DNA from: Chlorokybus atmophyticus
Lineage: Eukaryota > Plantae > Mesostigma and Chlorokybus algae
Reading direction: 5' to 3'
DNA: 64,000 nucleotides
Assembly (NCBI GenBank): GCA_009103225.1
Contig: RHPI01000671.1
Location: forward strand, 3,531-67,530
Position 1 is the stretch's first letter; the number at the start of each line of letters is the position of its first letter. The position numbers were made by a program, and so were the translations under genes. This document shows positions 50,688 to 64,000 of this stretch, in pieces. The notes under the pieces were generated by a model. That model was given only the letters and a program-made list of their open reading frames with translations. It was not told the DNA's origin and made no database searches.

Positions 50688-52324
50688 GGGGTTATGAAAA
50701 CATGATTATGACTATTATCTACTATTATCTCAGCAATCGGTATTAAAACCTTGCTAACGTTCATGCTGTCAACTGGGCGGTAACTCAGTTGGCTTGTCGC
50801 GTTGAATAAACATCATAATCAGGCCTCTGATGTGCATTTGTCATGTCGATGCATGTCAAGCATTGTCAGCGTGTTGCAACACGAATAACACACAAACAAT
50901 ACACATTTAAGCAACTGAGGCATACAAGTTGACCCATATATTGCATCATCGACTTTTGGTATATACATTTGTTCTATCACTTAGTATAGCAAAAAGTGGA
51001 TACATCGCCTATTTGTAATAGTATCAAATGACAACTACCATATGTGAATAGCTGCATAGTCTTGAAAAGCATAACAAATGCATAACTTCAAAATCTTTGG
51101 CTACAATCTTATATTATATTCTTGGATTATAATAACTAGTGCACTCAAACAATAGTGATATCTGCATGCACGATGTCAAGCGCAAGCATGCTGCTTATTA
51201 TTTACACAATGTCGTAGTTATTGGTGCTATTGCATATTACAATATGTAAAGCTTAACTTACCTATTTATGTTCAAGTTTATACCGAAAGTTATTGACACA
51301 TAGTGCTCCACACATGAATCAACCATCATGCAATGTCAACATCCATGGTTCGCTGAACAAATACTTAGAAGCAATATCATGCTTTTGAGCACTGAAATGC
51401 TGTGGGCCATGCACCTGAACTGACCTTGGTGAGAAGCCACAGCTGCTGGCTTCTGAAAAAGACCTCCTTTGACAGCCTGATGCAATCATGCATTTTGTCA
51501 TCTTGCGAGAGCGATGTCTCCCTTCGCGAGCCGGATGACGTCGTCGCCCATGCCGTTGACATCGCCTATGCAAGTACGTCGCTGACTGACGACGTGACCT
51601 GCAACCCGCGCGCCGCGAAGGAAACTTAACCGCGGTTCCGTTTCACAACCGCAACCGTCATCGACAAGAGCATAAAGTACGGTACCCGTTATGCCAGAAG
51701 TCAGCCTTCAGTTCATACACATGTACAGGCCTGTCTAGGCCTACTCGCAGTGCGTTCAAATTTAGTTTTCATCAAAAACCATAATTCCATCATTGAAAGA
51801 CTTGCGACGTCGTCCTTGGACGGTTTCACGTCAACTCGGCGCAGTGAAAACCGTAGTGGATCCATTTTCCACTGATGTTTGGGCCTTTCACACAATGCAA
51901 TGAATGCACGCCCTTCAACGATCCCTCCTTGCGTGTCAGAAGGCTAAAATACAACCAACAAAAGGTGGCCAATGTCATGACCGCGCTCACTCTAAATTCT
52001 CATCTATTTCATCACGGCAGTTGCACCACTTAAGTTGCTCGCCGGGTAAACGGTACTGTGCTGGTAATGTACGGTCCACCAGACCGGAACGACGGTTAAG
52101 GTCGGTCTTTAAACGTTACACCAAACCCGCGACGTGCCCCTGCCTGCGAAAGCACTTGCAAAGACTAGATTCTCGACGGACCAGGGACGCGCGCTGCAGC
52201 GGAGTAGGAAACGCCGCACCCGGGCGGACGCTCTGCACATCTCGCATTTTGCAATGCTCTCTTCAAAGCAGAGCCCAAAACAACCTTACGCCTGCTTGCT
52301 GGAAAGTAGTGCTGGTTGTTGGCG

Positions 52325-55300
52325 ATGGCGATGGCGATGGCGACGGCGATGGCGGCGGTGGCAGGAGCTGCTGGGGTGGCAACGGTGGCACCGCTGCAGC
52401 GTGGCAGCTCTGTTCCCTCCTCCTCGAAGAACCTCGCAGCGTCGGCGCCATGCGTGTCGACAAGGCGGTCCTCCGCTGTCACCACCAGGTGGTTGTGGCT
52501 TGCGCACAGCAAGCGCTGCTGTCCGTCGGCTGCCTGCATTGTTTGTGAGGTGTGGTCGCAAGGCTTGTCGCAAAGATCTCGCTGCAGCAGCAAGCAGCAG
52601 TCACACATTTGAGCACTCAGCTTCACCAAGCTGACTTGAAGGCGGAACAGACAGCCCGTTCATTGGTTTCCTTGAGCGGAGCAGGACCAGCTGCTGTTGC
52701 ATTTCACTAGCTGTTTACCCTCCTATAGATATGCAAACGGTGCACTGCCCAGCCCTTTGCCACGCGGTCTATGCACGCTATAGATGCTTACGTTTGCATG
52801 GAGCTTGTGTACACGTCCTTCCGTTGCATTTCCAATACTGCATTAGGCCATGCACCTTTGACTTAGAGACATGTTTTCTCACGGGTTGGTTGCGTGTCTC
52901 TCAGGGCACTGCCAGCCGGTAAGCGGCGGTTGACTCGCTGCACCGCCACAGTGCCGCTCCCAATCCCAGGTGCCGGCGAGGTGGCTGCCGCAGCGGCCGC
53001 AGCTGTTACTGTGGGCAAGGTCGTTGAAGCTTTGACCCCGTCCGAAAGGCCTCCGCCCCTCGACAACAAGCACATCGTCATGATGCAGGTATAGGCTGGT
53101 TTCAGTGACTGTTTGCGAGGTTCAGCAGTGGAAGCCTGGCTTGGCATGCACTTTGGCAAGCTGTTTGGATTTGCACAGCATTGATGCAGCATGCATGCAA
53201 TGCCTGTTGACGATGCTGAGACATGAATGTATCATTACTGCGGGCACTCGCCGCAGGGCTTCAACTGGGAGTCTTGCAACCACAAGACCGGGTGGTACAA
53301 CGTTCTGGAAAAGTGCGCTGAGAAACTTGGTCAGATGGGAGTTACGGATGTCTGGCTGCCTCCACCTTCCCGATCGGTGGCCAAGCAAGGTGCTTTACCA
53401 CACCTCTTGCCGCAATGCATCATTGGTTGGGCCCCCCCCCCCCCCCCCGGGGGGGGGGGGGGGGGGGGGGGGCATCCAGCAGCCTGTGTGTGGCTGAATG
53501 ACGCTGCTGCGCAGGGTACCTGCCTACTCAACTGTACAACTTGAACGACTCTTCGTATGGCGACGAGAAGGGCTTAAGGAGCCTCATCAGCACATTCCAC
53601 AAGAATGGCATCCGTGCTGTTGCTGACATTGTGATCAACCATAGGTGTGCAGACTTCCAGGTCAGTGGAAAATGAAAAGGCCAAGAGGGATCATGGTACA
53701 CCGTGCATCTTCAGACAAGCTAAATGCGCTGCGTGCTGGCAGGACTCACGTGGTGTATGGAGTGTCTTTGAGGGCGGTACGCCAGATGAGCGCCTTGATT
53801 GGGGCCCCTGGGCCATCGCTAAACATGATCCCTTCTCAGATCAGACTGGCAATGTAAGCCAGTTTATTGTTCACAACAACCTGTTCAAGTGTCAGTTGGC
53901 AAGCATTCAGTTGGAGACTGTGCTTACTGCCAAGCTAACATGTTGCAGGCTGACACTGGTGAGGACTATGGCGCTGCTCCCGATATTGACCACACCAACG
54001 AGCGAGTGCAGAAGGTGAGTCACTTGCATGACTTAAGGGACAACATGTGTTGTCCCACGCTCCTGTCAAGCTTCATGTAATGCACTTCGAGGACATTCAG
54101 CTCGCGAATGAGTGAAAGTGACTTGGTTTCTGACAGAGTGTTTTGTTGTCAATGTTGTCGCAGGACTTGATTGAATGGATGAACTGGATGCGCGAGGACG
54201 TGGGATTTGACGGCTGGCGTTTGGACTTTGTGAAGGGTTATGCAGGATGGATTGTCAAGATGTACATGGACGCCACCAAGCCCCACTTTGTTGTGGGAGA
54301 GCTGTGGAACAATATGGTCTATGATGACAGCGGCTTGGCCTACAACCAGGGTGCGGGCAATCACCCAACCTTTCGCATGCAGGCTGCACGTGCGACTAAT
54401 GTGCTGACCTCTTCCAACCTCGCAGATGGTGCCCGGCAAGAGCTTTGCAGCTGGATCGATACCACTGACGGCCGCAGCGGAGCCTTTGACTTCCCCACCA
54501 AGGGCATACTACAGGTTAGTCACTGAAGTCAGCGGAGCCTTAACTTGCCTACATGGTCTGTTTTGGTTGGACCTGACCATGCACATCGCTGTGGACAGGA
54601 GGCTGTCAACAACCAGTACTGGCGGCTCCGCGATCAAAGCGGCAAGCCCCCAGGCTTGATGGGCTGGTGGCCTTCAAAGTCAGTGACGTTCATTGACAAC
54701 CACGACACTGGCTCCTCACAGGTATGGTATTATGACCCACATGCACATAGCACCCATAAAGGCAGGACTGGCTGCTGTTTGGGTCAGCATGTTGCATAGC
54801 AACTTGCAATGTGACTCCTCTGGCCCATGCTAACAAGTCTTGTATGGCAGCAACATTGGCCGTTCCCCGGTGACAAAGTGATGGCCGGGTATGCCTACAT
54901 CCTGACACATCCCGGTGTTCCTTGCCTGGTAAGCAACCAGGCCATCGTGGAAGCTAGTACAGCCTTGGCTTTTGCCTTTGCCCTAACTAAGCATTTCGTG
55001 CTGCAACCAGTTCTATGATCACGCCTTCGACTGGGGACTTTGGGACCAGCTCAAGGCGCTGGTGGCAGTGCGCAAGAACAATGGCTTGCATGCTGAAAGC
55101 AAGGTACTTCCCCTCTCATGTCCGCCTCAGAGCCTCTTGTAAGGGATGCAGGCTCGTGGACTCATATATGACTGTGCTTGCAGCCTCACATCTATCTTAG
55201 CGATGCTGACTGCTACATGGCCTGCATTGACGAGAAAGTGGTTGTCAAGTTGGGACCCAGGTAATACTGCCATGCCTTGTGTCATCTTCTGTCTCTGACA

Positions 55301-55519
55301 AGGCAACAGCAAGAAAGGCAAACTCAGCGATGCATTACGCATAAACTGCAGCTATGTACTTGCATGTGAAGGTATGCTAAACGAGTGCGGCTTTACTGAG
55401 ATTACCAACACTGCTGCGTTGTTGATTGTAGGATGGATTTGGGCGCAAACACTCCGGATGCCAGCTGGGAGGCTGTGGCCTTTGGCAAGGACTACTGCGT
55501 GTGGCAGAAGAAGAAGTAA
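52325..55519 (+). CDS. AMY: Alpha-amylase (GH13 plant type) with a putative plastid transit peptide, copy 2
   Basis: MQ|[41 protein letters not shown] and VWQKKK*. Catalytic-domain intron positions are the same as in copy 1. Confidence 0.95.
53432..53472. repeat. C17 run immediately followed by a G24 run, in an amylase-2 intron
   Basis: Direct reading. Confidence 0.9.
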
Positions 55520-56988
55520 ACAGTGAAAACTGGTTGCAGTATTGCCTGCAGCAGGTTGCACGAGTTGTGTCTATGTACCAAGCGTGCTGTACAATCGTGG
55601 ATATGCCTTGTCACTGCGCGACAGATATACTGCGCGTAGTAAACGGGCAGTAGCAGTACATATTTAGCGGCGGCATGCTATGTGTAGGGTAGTGTGCTTT
55701 TGCAGAAACCTTGTTCAAATCACATGTCCTGTAATGGTGCCTTCTATGTCCGTGCATATTTGAATGGGTGTAGGTGTGTGCCAGTCAGCTCCTCATATCT
55801 GGGTCAAGGGCTTACGTCTCCGCTTTTAGTACAACCCCACCAGCAACACCTAACTGCCAGCACTAACGCAGCAGCACTAACCACTGCACTATGCAATGCC
55901 GGAGAATACCGCTGCGAGGGTGATTGGGATGCAAGGGGCAGGGCAGAGGGGTGGGGTAGCGGGGCCCTGCCAGACCAGCAGCGACAAGGGTTACAGCATC
56001 TGCAGCGGTGGAGGAGGGGGAGGACGATACCTCTCTCGGAGGGAGGGGAGGAGGGAGGAGGTAGTGGCAGGGGAGGGAGGGGGAGGCGGAGGGGGAGGGA
56101 CACATTCACACGCTGCATGCTGCGGCTGCTGCTGCGCCGCTACAGCCCGTAATTGCCTTTGCTGACGCTGCTGCTCGTGTGTTGTGCAGGTAATGCACAT
56201 TGCATGCATGCTTTGCATGTCCAACGGGGTGGTGGTGGTAGTGGTAGTGGTAGAGGTAGTGGAAGTAGATCATAGGAGCCCGATGGTACACGAGTTAATG
56301 TTAATGTTGGCCTGCACGCTGTGTACTGATTATTCCTTGCTTGTACAACGCATGCGCCATTGCACGCCACATTGTATGTACACGGGGTTGATACATGGTA
56401 CATGTTCATGTGGTTTGCAAGCTTAATTAGTAGCCTCCACCATAGGAGATGACAACATGCCATGCAGCGCTCATCATGTGCAATTAATATAAAGGAATAT
56501 TTTATGGCTTAGCGTTCCATATGCATCCGCACACCATCGACATAGTTGCGACGCACTTTTTATCACATATGGCGTAATGTATTAACATAACATTGATTTC
56601 GCATATGCCGTGTTGTTGCTGTTGGCGTCAATGTTGTCGAGCATGGTTGCTTGCTTATTTGCTTGCATAACCCTAACGTGCTTTGTGTATGCGCCTGATG
56701 GGTATGCACGATCGCGAGTGCAATGCATAGCGTGCATAGTGCATAGCATAACACAGGGGTTTATCTCTACTTTACATATGCCGTCTGTACATATTCCATA
56801 CAAAGTCCCTCATTCGTAGAGCCACAATCACATTGACATATACGACACGCTGATTTCCATCATATACACAGCATCGCAATGGCGGTAGCAAGTTACGTCA
56901 TGTATTCGATTGCATCAACCAATACGAGTTGTTCGTTCAAAGGATAAATAGATGTAGACCTTGTGCATGATATGGCTGACATGGCTCA

Positions 56989-57722
<734 letters not shown>

Positions 57723-59135
57723 NAAAAGCATGAATATAGCACCTTTCGAACGTGTGTCAATAGTCAAGTTTTTACAAACAATTCGTAAAAGAAGTATGTG
57801 TTGATAAAATGTTGAATTTACTTGTATTGAATGAGAACGTATCGACAAATCATCCACTTTATGTATTCATGTTGTTGATATGAACATAGGCAGGCTTTTG
57901 CATCCACTCGTTTATAACAGCTCATGTTCACATCATAGCAATTCCTTAGCTTTGTGACCCTATATCGCACATGATGCGTTTATGTGATGTGCTGGCTATA
58001 ATTCGCTGTGTAATACCTACATTAACGGCAATTGACCCAACATGTACACCAATACTACATGTGGGGTCGATAGCCTATAAGTTGTTATCATCGTGCATGC
58101 ATGACGACACCGGGGATCTGCCACAACACAGTCTATAATATAAACAATGCGCGTATTGTTAAATTGTATGCATATCGCTTACCGTGTCGGATACTATTGA
58201 GTCAACACCATCATTAGCTAAACAATTTGGTGCAGGTCTACGAGGCTACATCTTACCAATCAAAAAGTGCATTGGTGTTAAATCCCGTATTGCCACGACA
58301 TCTTTGTAAACAAAATTATTCGGCAAAGTCATTTTACGCAATTTTTACTAACTTTTATGCGACGAGACTTATACGTTATAATGACATTGGGCTAAAATGC
58401 ATAAAGTGGCAGGGCTTTGACGAGAAGTACATGAAGCATTGGTGGCGTCTTTTACGAAGCTACTGGAACACTATGGTAGACTCGGGTCACGCATGCAAGC
58501 CGCAACATGTGCCAACAATGTGCGCTCATGATGCCTAATGGTGAGTGCATTTATTAAACTACCAAGATGGATTGAAGAACTTGTCTCCAAGCCGCTGGGT
58601 AGTGCGTTCCGCGCACTAGGAAATCGGCTTTACGAAGGTTTTTGCAATTGGCATTGTTCTTATGCTTACAAGCATGAAGCCGTCAGCTGCGTGTTGATTG
58701 TGATCATAACTATGATCATGACACGTTGGAGCGGTAGGCTCCGCCCCACCCCCAAGTTCGCGAGGTGTTGGTTGTCTTGCTGATGCACGCCCATGTGCTA
58801 ACTGCTGCATTCCATGTCGTTTGGCGGACTACATATAGCAGCACTGCAATTTCTGTACATGTGAGATCATGTGTACGAACAAGGATCCTCATTATATAGC
58901 TTGTGCAGAGATCGGCAGCACCAAGCGGTTGCTGCAGGACCAGCATCACGCAACGACAGCTTCAGACCACAACCAAACTGCTGCAGGTACGCATCTATGC
59001 AGCGCTAGCAGACGGTGTGCCAATGGGCAACACCCGCCAAGTGTCAATCCATATATACAATCGTGTGCTCTGGGCATATGTCCTGACAGTATGTGGGCTT
59101 TGCAGCCTTATGGCTGATGATGGCCAAATCAGCCT

Positions 59136-60964
59136 TTATTTCTTTTCTAACAACTTGAAGCACGTGGCCAGCCCAGCTGAAGCTGCGAGATGCCACACGG
59201 AATGTGTATAAGGGATGTTTGGACAGAACTCCTCCAACCAGTACGCGGCTCCTCCAACAACGGATGCTGCTACATGCAACCGGTGTGCGGCCCTGAGAGA
59301 AGGGTTGGAGAACGCCCTTTCTGCATATGTTGTCTGCAGCAGACAACCACATCAGTGACAAAACCACCTTCATACTATGCAAATAGCCAAACTGTAGCAT
59401 GCAGCTTATGCATCTGCTTTGTGCTACCAGCAGGCATGTATGCATAGGCCAAATGTTCACCCAGTGCAAAACAAGGAAGGCAGCGGCCTTGCTATGCATG
59501 GCAGTTGCATGCACCAACTCACCTCCAACACACCAACATTGGCAGCTGCAACAGCAAACGGTTGCATGGGAACAGCAGCAAGCGCAGCCAGCTTCAAAGG
59601 TCGTTGAGGAGCGAGTGCGTTCACCAGAAACTGCAAGCAGCAAAATCACAGTCAAGACACCGGTCATAAAAAACCAGCTGGTAACATTGCAGGCGAGTGC
59701 AGGCAGCTGTCAAGCATACCACTGTGGAAGTGGCCACCATGCAATAGTCGAGCCACCTAAACTTTGGCCGCGCCTTGCCAGTTGATGTGTGGTAGGCGCA
59801 AGAGGCGATGCCAACACCATACAAGGAATTGGCAAATAACCTGGCTTCAGGGGTGTGCCTGAAATTGGCGAAATCCCAACATGACAAGTCAAGAACCGTC
59901 AAGACACACACTCTGCTGGTAGAGTTCAACCAATACGTTGCATGCTAAGCGACTGCCACCACGCACCTTGGGCACTTGGAGGCGAAGAAGAAGAATGGTA
60001 TGGAGGTAACAACATTGGCTACAATCTCTTTGTTGCAACAGCTATCTGCGGGACGTAGTATACCATGTCAGTCCAACAAGCACGCTTGAAGCACTGTTCG
60101 GCGTTCCTCGCATGCAAACCACCCTCCTGTCCTTGTGTTGGGGAGACCAGTCAACTCACCTGGCTTTGTTGTTCCAGCCAGGAGCCAAGGCACTTTGGCG
60201 TTGATGCTTTGCAGCTGAGCCAAGACGTTGGACCACCCGTTCAGCAGAGGTGAGCCGTTGCTGGTAGACAGAGTGGATGGACCTTTGGCGTCTTTCCGAC
60301 TGGGATGAGTCTTGGTTCTGCATGAAAGTATATACAGTTGTCAAACGCAAGCAAGACGAGCCTAGAAAGCTGATGTGCACTTCGGCGTGCGAACAAACGG
60401 GTGCTGATTGTGATTCAACCTTGGGCGCAGTTGTGAGCGACGTCTCATGCTACAGCACGGAAGGCGCATGTTTGCTACGCAAGAGTGCAATCCAACCCAT
60501 GCCGAGGATTACGCAGGACTGCCTGGGTGTCTCGCAACCTAGTGTTGTGAGACACCTAGGCATTTCTTCAAATACCATGGCAGAATGGACACGCAATGCT
60601 GCCGTGTGTTCCTAAACTGCAAGCTTCCAGCTCACGTGAGCTAGATACGTGTCAACTAAGGTTACTAGTGAAAACTGATGTCACGCTCCCGATCTTTGAC
60701 CGTGACGTACCACGCACGTGCAGGTAATGCAGGGGACACAGCACAGGATCTGTATGTGAGTGAGTAGAGTTCCTATGTGAATAGAGATCCTGTGCGGCGT
60801 AGCAAGCAATGCGACCAGTGGCCATCCCCCCTCGCGGTGTACCTGTGAAGGTCGCCAACTCGCACGCGTTCTGCCTGTGTGAAGGGGGCGGCGTCTGCGG
60901 CCTTGACCATCTGCAAGTCGGCCAACACCGCGACCTCCGTAGAACCCCGTGCCCCGCCTCCCAT
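59136..60964 (-). CDS. CREST-superfamily (alkaline ceramidase/PAQR-like) membrane protein; multi-exon
   Basis: IVANVVTSIPFF...LFANSLYGVGIASCAYH (SxxxH)...KFRWLDYCMVAT (D)...PMQPFAVAAANVGVLE|...PNIPYTHSVWHLAASAGL (HxxxH)...KLLEKK*. The 5' exons and start are uncertain. Confidence 0.75.
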
Positions 60965-62418
60965 CCCGCCGGCACCCACCCTGGACAGCAAGCCACGCCC
61001 CGTGCTCAGCTCTGTCACCTCTCCACCTCGTTCAATCAGCCTGCCGCCACACCAAGCTAGCCACTATCAACGTGCAGACAGCTTGACGCGCCTCCCCACC
61101 TTCGCCACCACACCTGTGCCCGCCTAGAACGACGCCGCCAACAACTTTGACGCTTACGTTCACGTCAAGCATATGCCTGAACAGGCGGGCAAGATTCCCG
61201 CGCCAGCATACCAGTCAAAAGCGACGCAATCGGCCGATCTGCACTGGACTCAATACTCTGGCTGTGGCCTGTTGGTGCCGGCCGCTTGAGTGCCAGCACC
61301 CGCCTCATCTCTCGCCTCGGGTGCCCAAAAGAGGGCGATGAACCTGCCAGCAAGGCGCGGCCGCAAAATTTAGGGCGCGGCACAGTTACAAAAGGGCGGC
61401 AAACTGTAAACAGGCAAACCCTCTGATATGCGCGGGAGTCATCAGACACTTTCGTAGGTGGCGCCAGTTATGGGCCCTAACTTAAGGTGCATGAGACCTG
61501 TGTTGTTAATCACAGCGCACGCTGGTCACTGACACTAATGAAACACTTGTACATTGCAGATTATGTCTCCAAAGCACGTCTCAGGCGGCGTTGCAAACTT
61601 TCCGAGGCTTACGTTGCCGAGGGTGGAAGTCTTCGTTTTGGTGACGCGGTATCGCATCGAACCGATCTTGTGCCGTCGGATCTGGGCGATCGCGAGCAAG
61701 CCGCGTGACGACGTTGCCTGACTTGCGTTGCGTGACACCAAGTCAGGACTTGGTGTCACGCAAGCGGTGCAACGTCAAATTCTGACGTGCCAAGTTGGCA
61801 CCCACATGACATTGCAAGTTGGTAGGCCTAGGTAGCTTTCCACAACTAGCGCACACAGGCCCCATAGCCTCATGTAGCTTGGTTGTCGATGTTGTCTTCA
61901 GTACTAATGTCTTGACAGATTTTGCCTAGTGTCTGTGTAGTGCTGTGTCTGCTTGCATACTGAGGGCCCTAGGACAGCGCTGAACATATTTGCAACTCTC
62001 CAGTGCATATATCTGATGAACTGCGGCATACATGCGTCTCACATTATGCCACGTACACATGGCAGCATATTGCAGTCCCACCCACAGTCCCACCCACCCA
62101 CCCACCCACCCAGAGCTTTGTTCGCCAAAGTGCATTGCACAGCGCGTTGAACTATATACACCAATCAGCACGCACCTCAGGCAAGAAGGCGCGACGTTTA
62201 ATAACAGGTGGCAACATGCACCATTCACTGCTATGCAAAACAGTATGCACCGCACTCGGTGCCAACATGCAACCTGCGAGCCAGATAACAATACCAATAG
62301 CTTCACCCCATAGCAAAAAGCTCCGGTTCAAAACCTGTACATACAGCGTGCAATGATGCCTGCCACATCACTATCAGACTGTCGTCTGCTCAACCGAAAA
62401 AGAGGGGCCGCGACCACT

Positions 62419-64000
62419 TCAAGTCCTGTCCAACCCACCAAGAGCAAGGTACTTCAACTGCAATCAGACAAAACTTCGTTAGCAAACATACCATGACAAG
62501 TACAACTACATGCGTGTCGTGACCAGCATTTCATTATCAGGCGCACACACTCGTTACCAACACCACTGCATCACCACTGCTCAAGCCAGCTGTACAGCTG
62601 TGGACATATTCGCATTGATGCAAGCTGTTTGTCACGAGATCAGGTACTTGGTAGCAGCAGACAAAGACATGCGACTTGCAAGAAAAAAGTGCTTGACTTG
62701 CAGGTGCTGAAGTCTCTCACCTCTAAGTACTCATCCAAGCCATATCTCGATCCCTCGCGACCCAAGCCCGACTCCTTGATCCCACCGAACGGGGCATTCG
62801 CTGTCGATATCGCGGTTTCATTCAGTCCCACCATACCGTATTCTAACGATTCCGCCACTCGCCAGGCACGTGCGATGTTGCGTGTGTAGAAGTACGCAGC
62901 CAGCCCGAACTCTGTATCATTCGCAAGGTGCACAGCCTCTTCTTCAGTCTGAAACTTGAACACCGGCGACACGGGGCCGAACACTTCTTCCTTGAACATG
63001 CGCATCTGTGTGGTCATGTTCTTTATGACTGTCGGGCTGTAAAACTGACCACCCAACTCGTGCCGCTCGCCACCCGTGACAACTTCAGCACCCTGATGGA
63101 AATGGCAAAAGGTCACAGCCAGCTCTCATAAGCGAGGAGGTGTTGCATGAGTACTACTAGATTACCTTTTCAACGGCGTCCTTGACAAAGCCTTCAACCT
63201 TGTTGACAGCCCGTTCATTGATCAGTGGGCCAACGAGCACATCCTGCTGAGTTCCTTCCCCAACCTTCAACTTGGAGACTCGCTCAGACAGCATACGCGT
63301 GAACTCATCATATACCCCTTCCGATTGCAAGCACGACATGAGAACGTTATCAGGCTGCCATATTTTCGTCCAATGTGATCAGCGCGCATACCTTCTTGAA
63401 CAAACATGCGGTTGATGGACACGCAAGTCTGTCCCGCATTACGGTACTTCGACGCAATGGCCCCCGTCACAGCTGCGTCCAGGTCGGCATCGTCAAACAC
63501 AATAAGAGGCGCATTGCCCCCCAGCTCCAAAGACACCTGACAACAGAAACAGGATGGTGTTACAGGCGCGCGAGTAAACGTTCCTTTTGCTAACTCATAG
63601 GCGTGGTGATGTTCTCCGTAAGGGGAGTTTACCTTCTTGACAGTACTGGCAGCACCAGCCATCAACTGCTTGCCGATCGCAGTAGAGCCTGTAAATGTAA
63701 TCTTGCGCACCTAAATAAGAGGACTTGGTGAGCTGAGTAGATACCGCTTCGCAATCATGCAAACAAGCATGCGTAAGCACACAGCATGTTAAGTAGCGAC
63801 AACAACCTTACCAATTCGCTGGAGATAAGCGTGTCGCCGATGGCCTTTGCTTCACCCACCACAACATTTAACACCCCCTGCACGCATACCCCATACATCA
63901 ACCACGCCATCAGTGCTGAACGCACTGCTCTTTGAAGCACAAAGAGGTGCCTTGCTGCTTACGGGAGGGATGCCGACGCGATCCGCCAGCTCCGCGCATG
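62419..64000 (-). CDS. ALDH5F1: Succinate-semialdehyde dehydrogenase (ALDH5), 3' part; 5' end outside the window
   Basis: [24 protein letters not shown] (catalytic E), [14 protein letters not shown] (catalytic C), [34 protein letters not shown]|[12 protein letters not shown]. Confidence 0.93.

Noticed and set aside
58230-59000. Exon-like pieces on the + strand (GFDEKYMKHWWRLLRSYW; EIGSTKRLLQ...)
   Set aside because: I could not join them into a consistent open frame and recognised no motif. At most a relic.
62315-62345. GGTTCAAA resembling a tRNA T-loop
   Set aside because: No pairing T-stem, acceptor stem or D-arm.

Overview
Eukaryotic nuclear DNA from a green-lineage organism. The genes are GC-rich with many short introns, and several encode plastid transit peptides. 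The plant-type gene set suggests a streptophyte or other green alga (inference). The first ~5.5 kb is a nest of decayed mobile DNA, including a Ty3/gypsy integrase ending in a PHD finger and an intron-containing pogo-like transposase relic. Next comes a secreted Ole e 1/extensin/PDF1-like (FOCL1-type) cell-wall gene. Its middle is replaced by one arm of a 2,634-bp inverted duplication (6071-8704 / 9043-11676) that starts at an N and may be an assembly chimera. The remaining genes, in order, are ZNHIT3, plastid CPN60A, gamma-glutamyl hydrolase, an unknown coiled-coil gene, THF1, nitrobindin, U2A', an unknown multi-exon gene, VTE1, two tandem plastid-targeted alpha-amylases, a CREST-superfamily membrane protein and the 3' part of SSADH. 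Intergenic and intronic DNA holds MITE-like hairpins, TE relics, microsatellites and three N gaps. I found no rRNA, tRNA or CRISPR array. All exon models were built by eye from GT/GC-AG sites and remembered family motifs; no database search was run.
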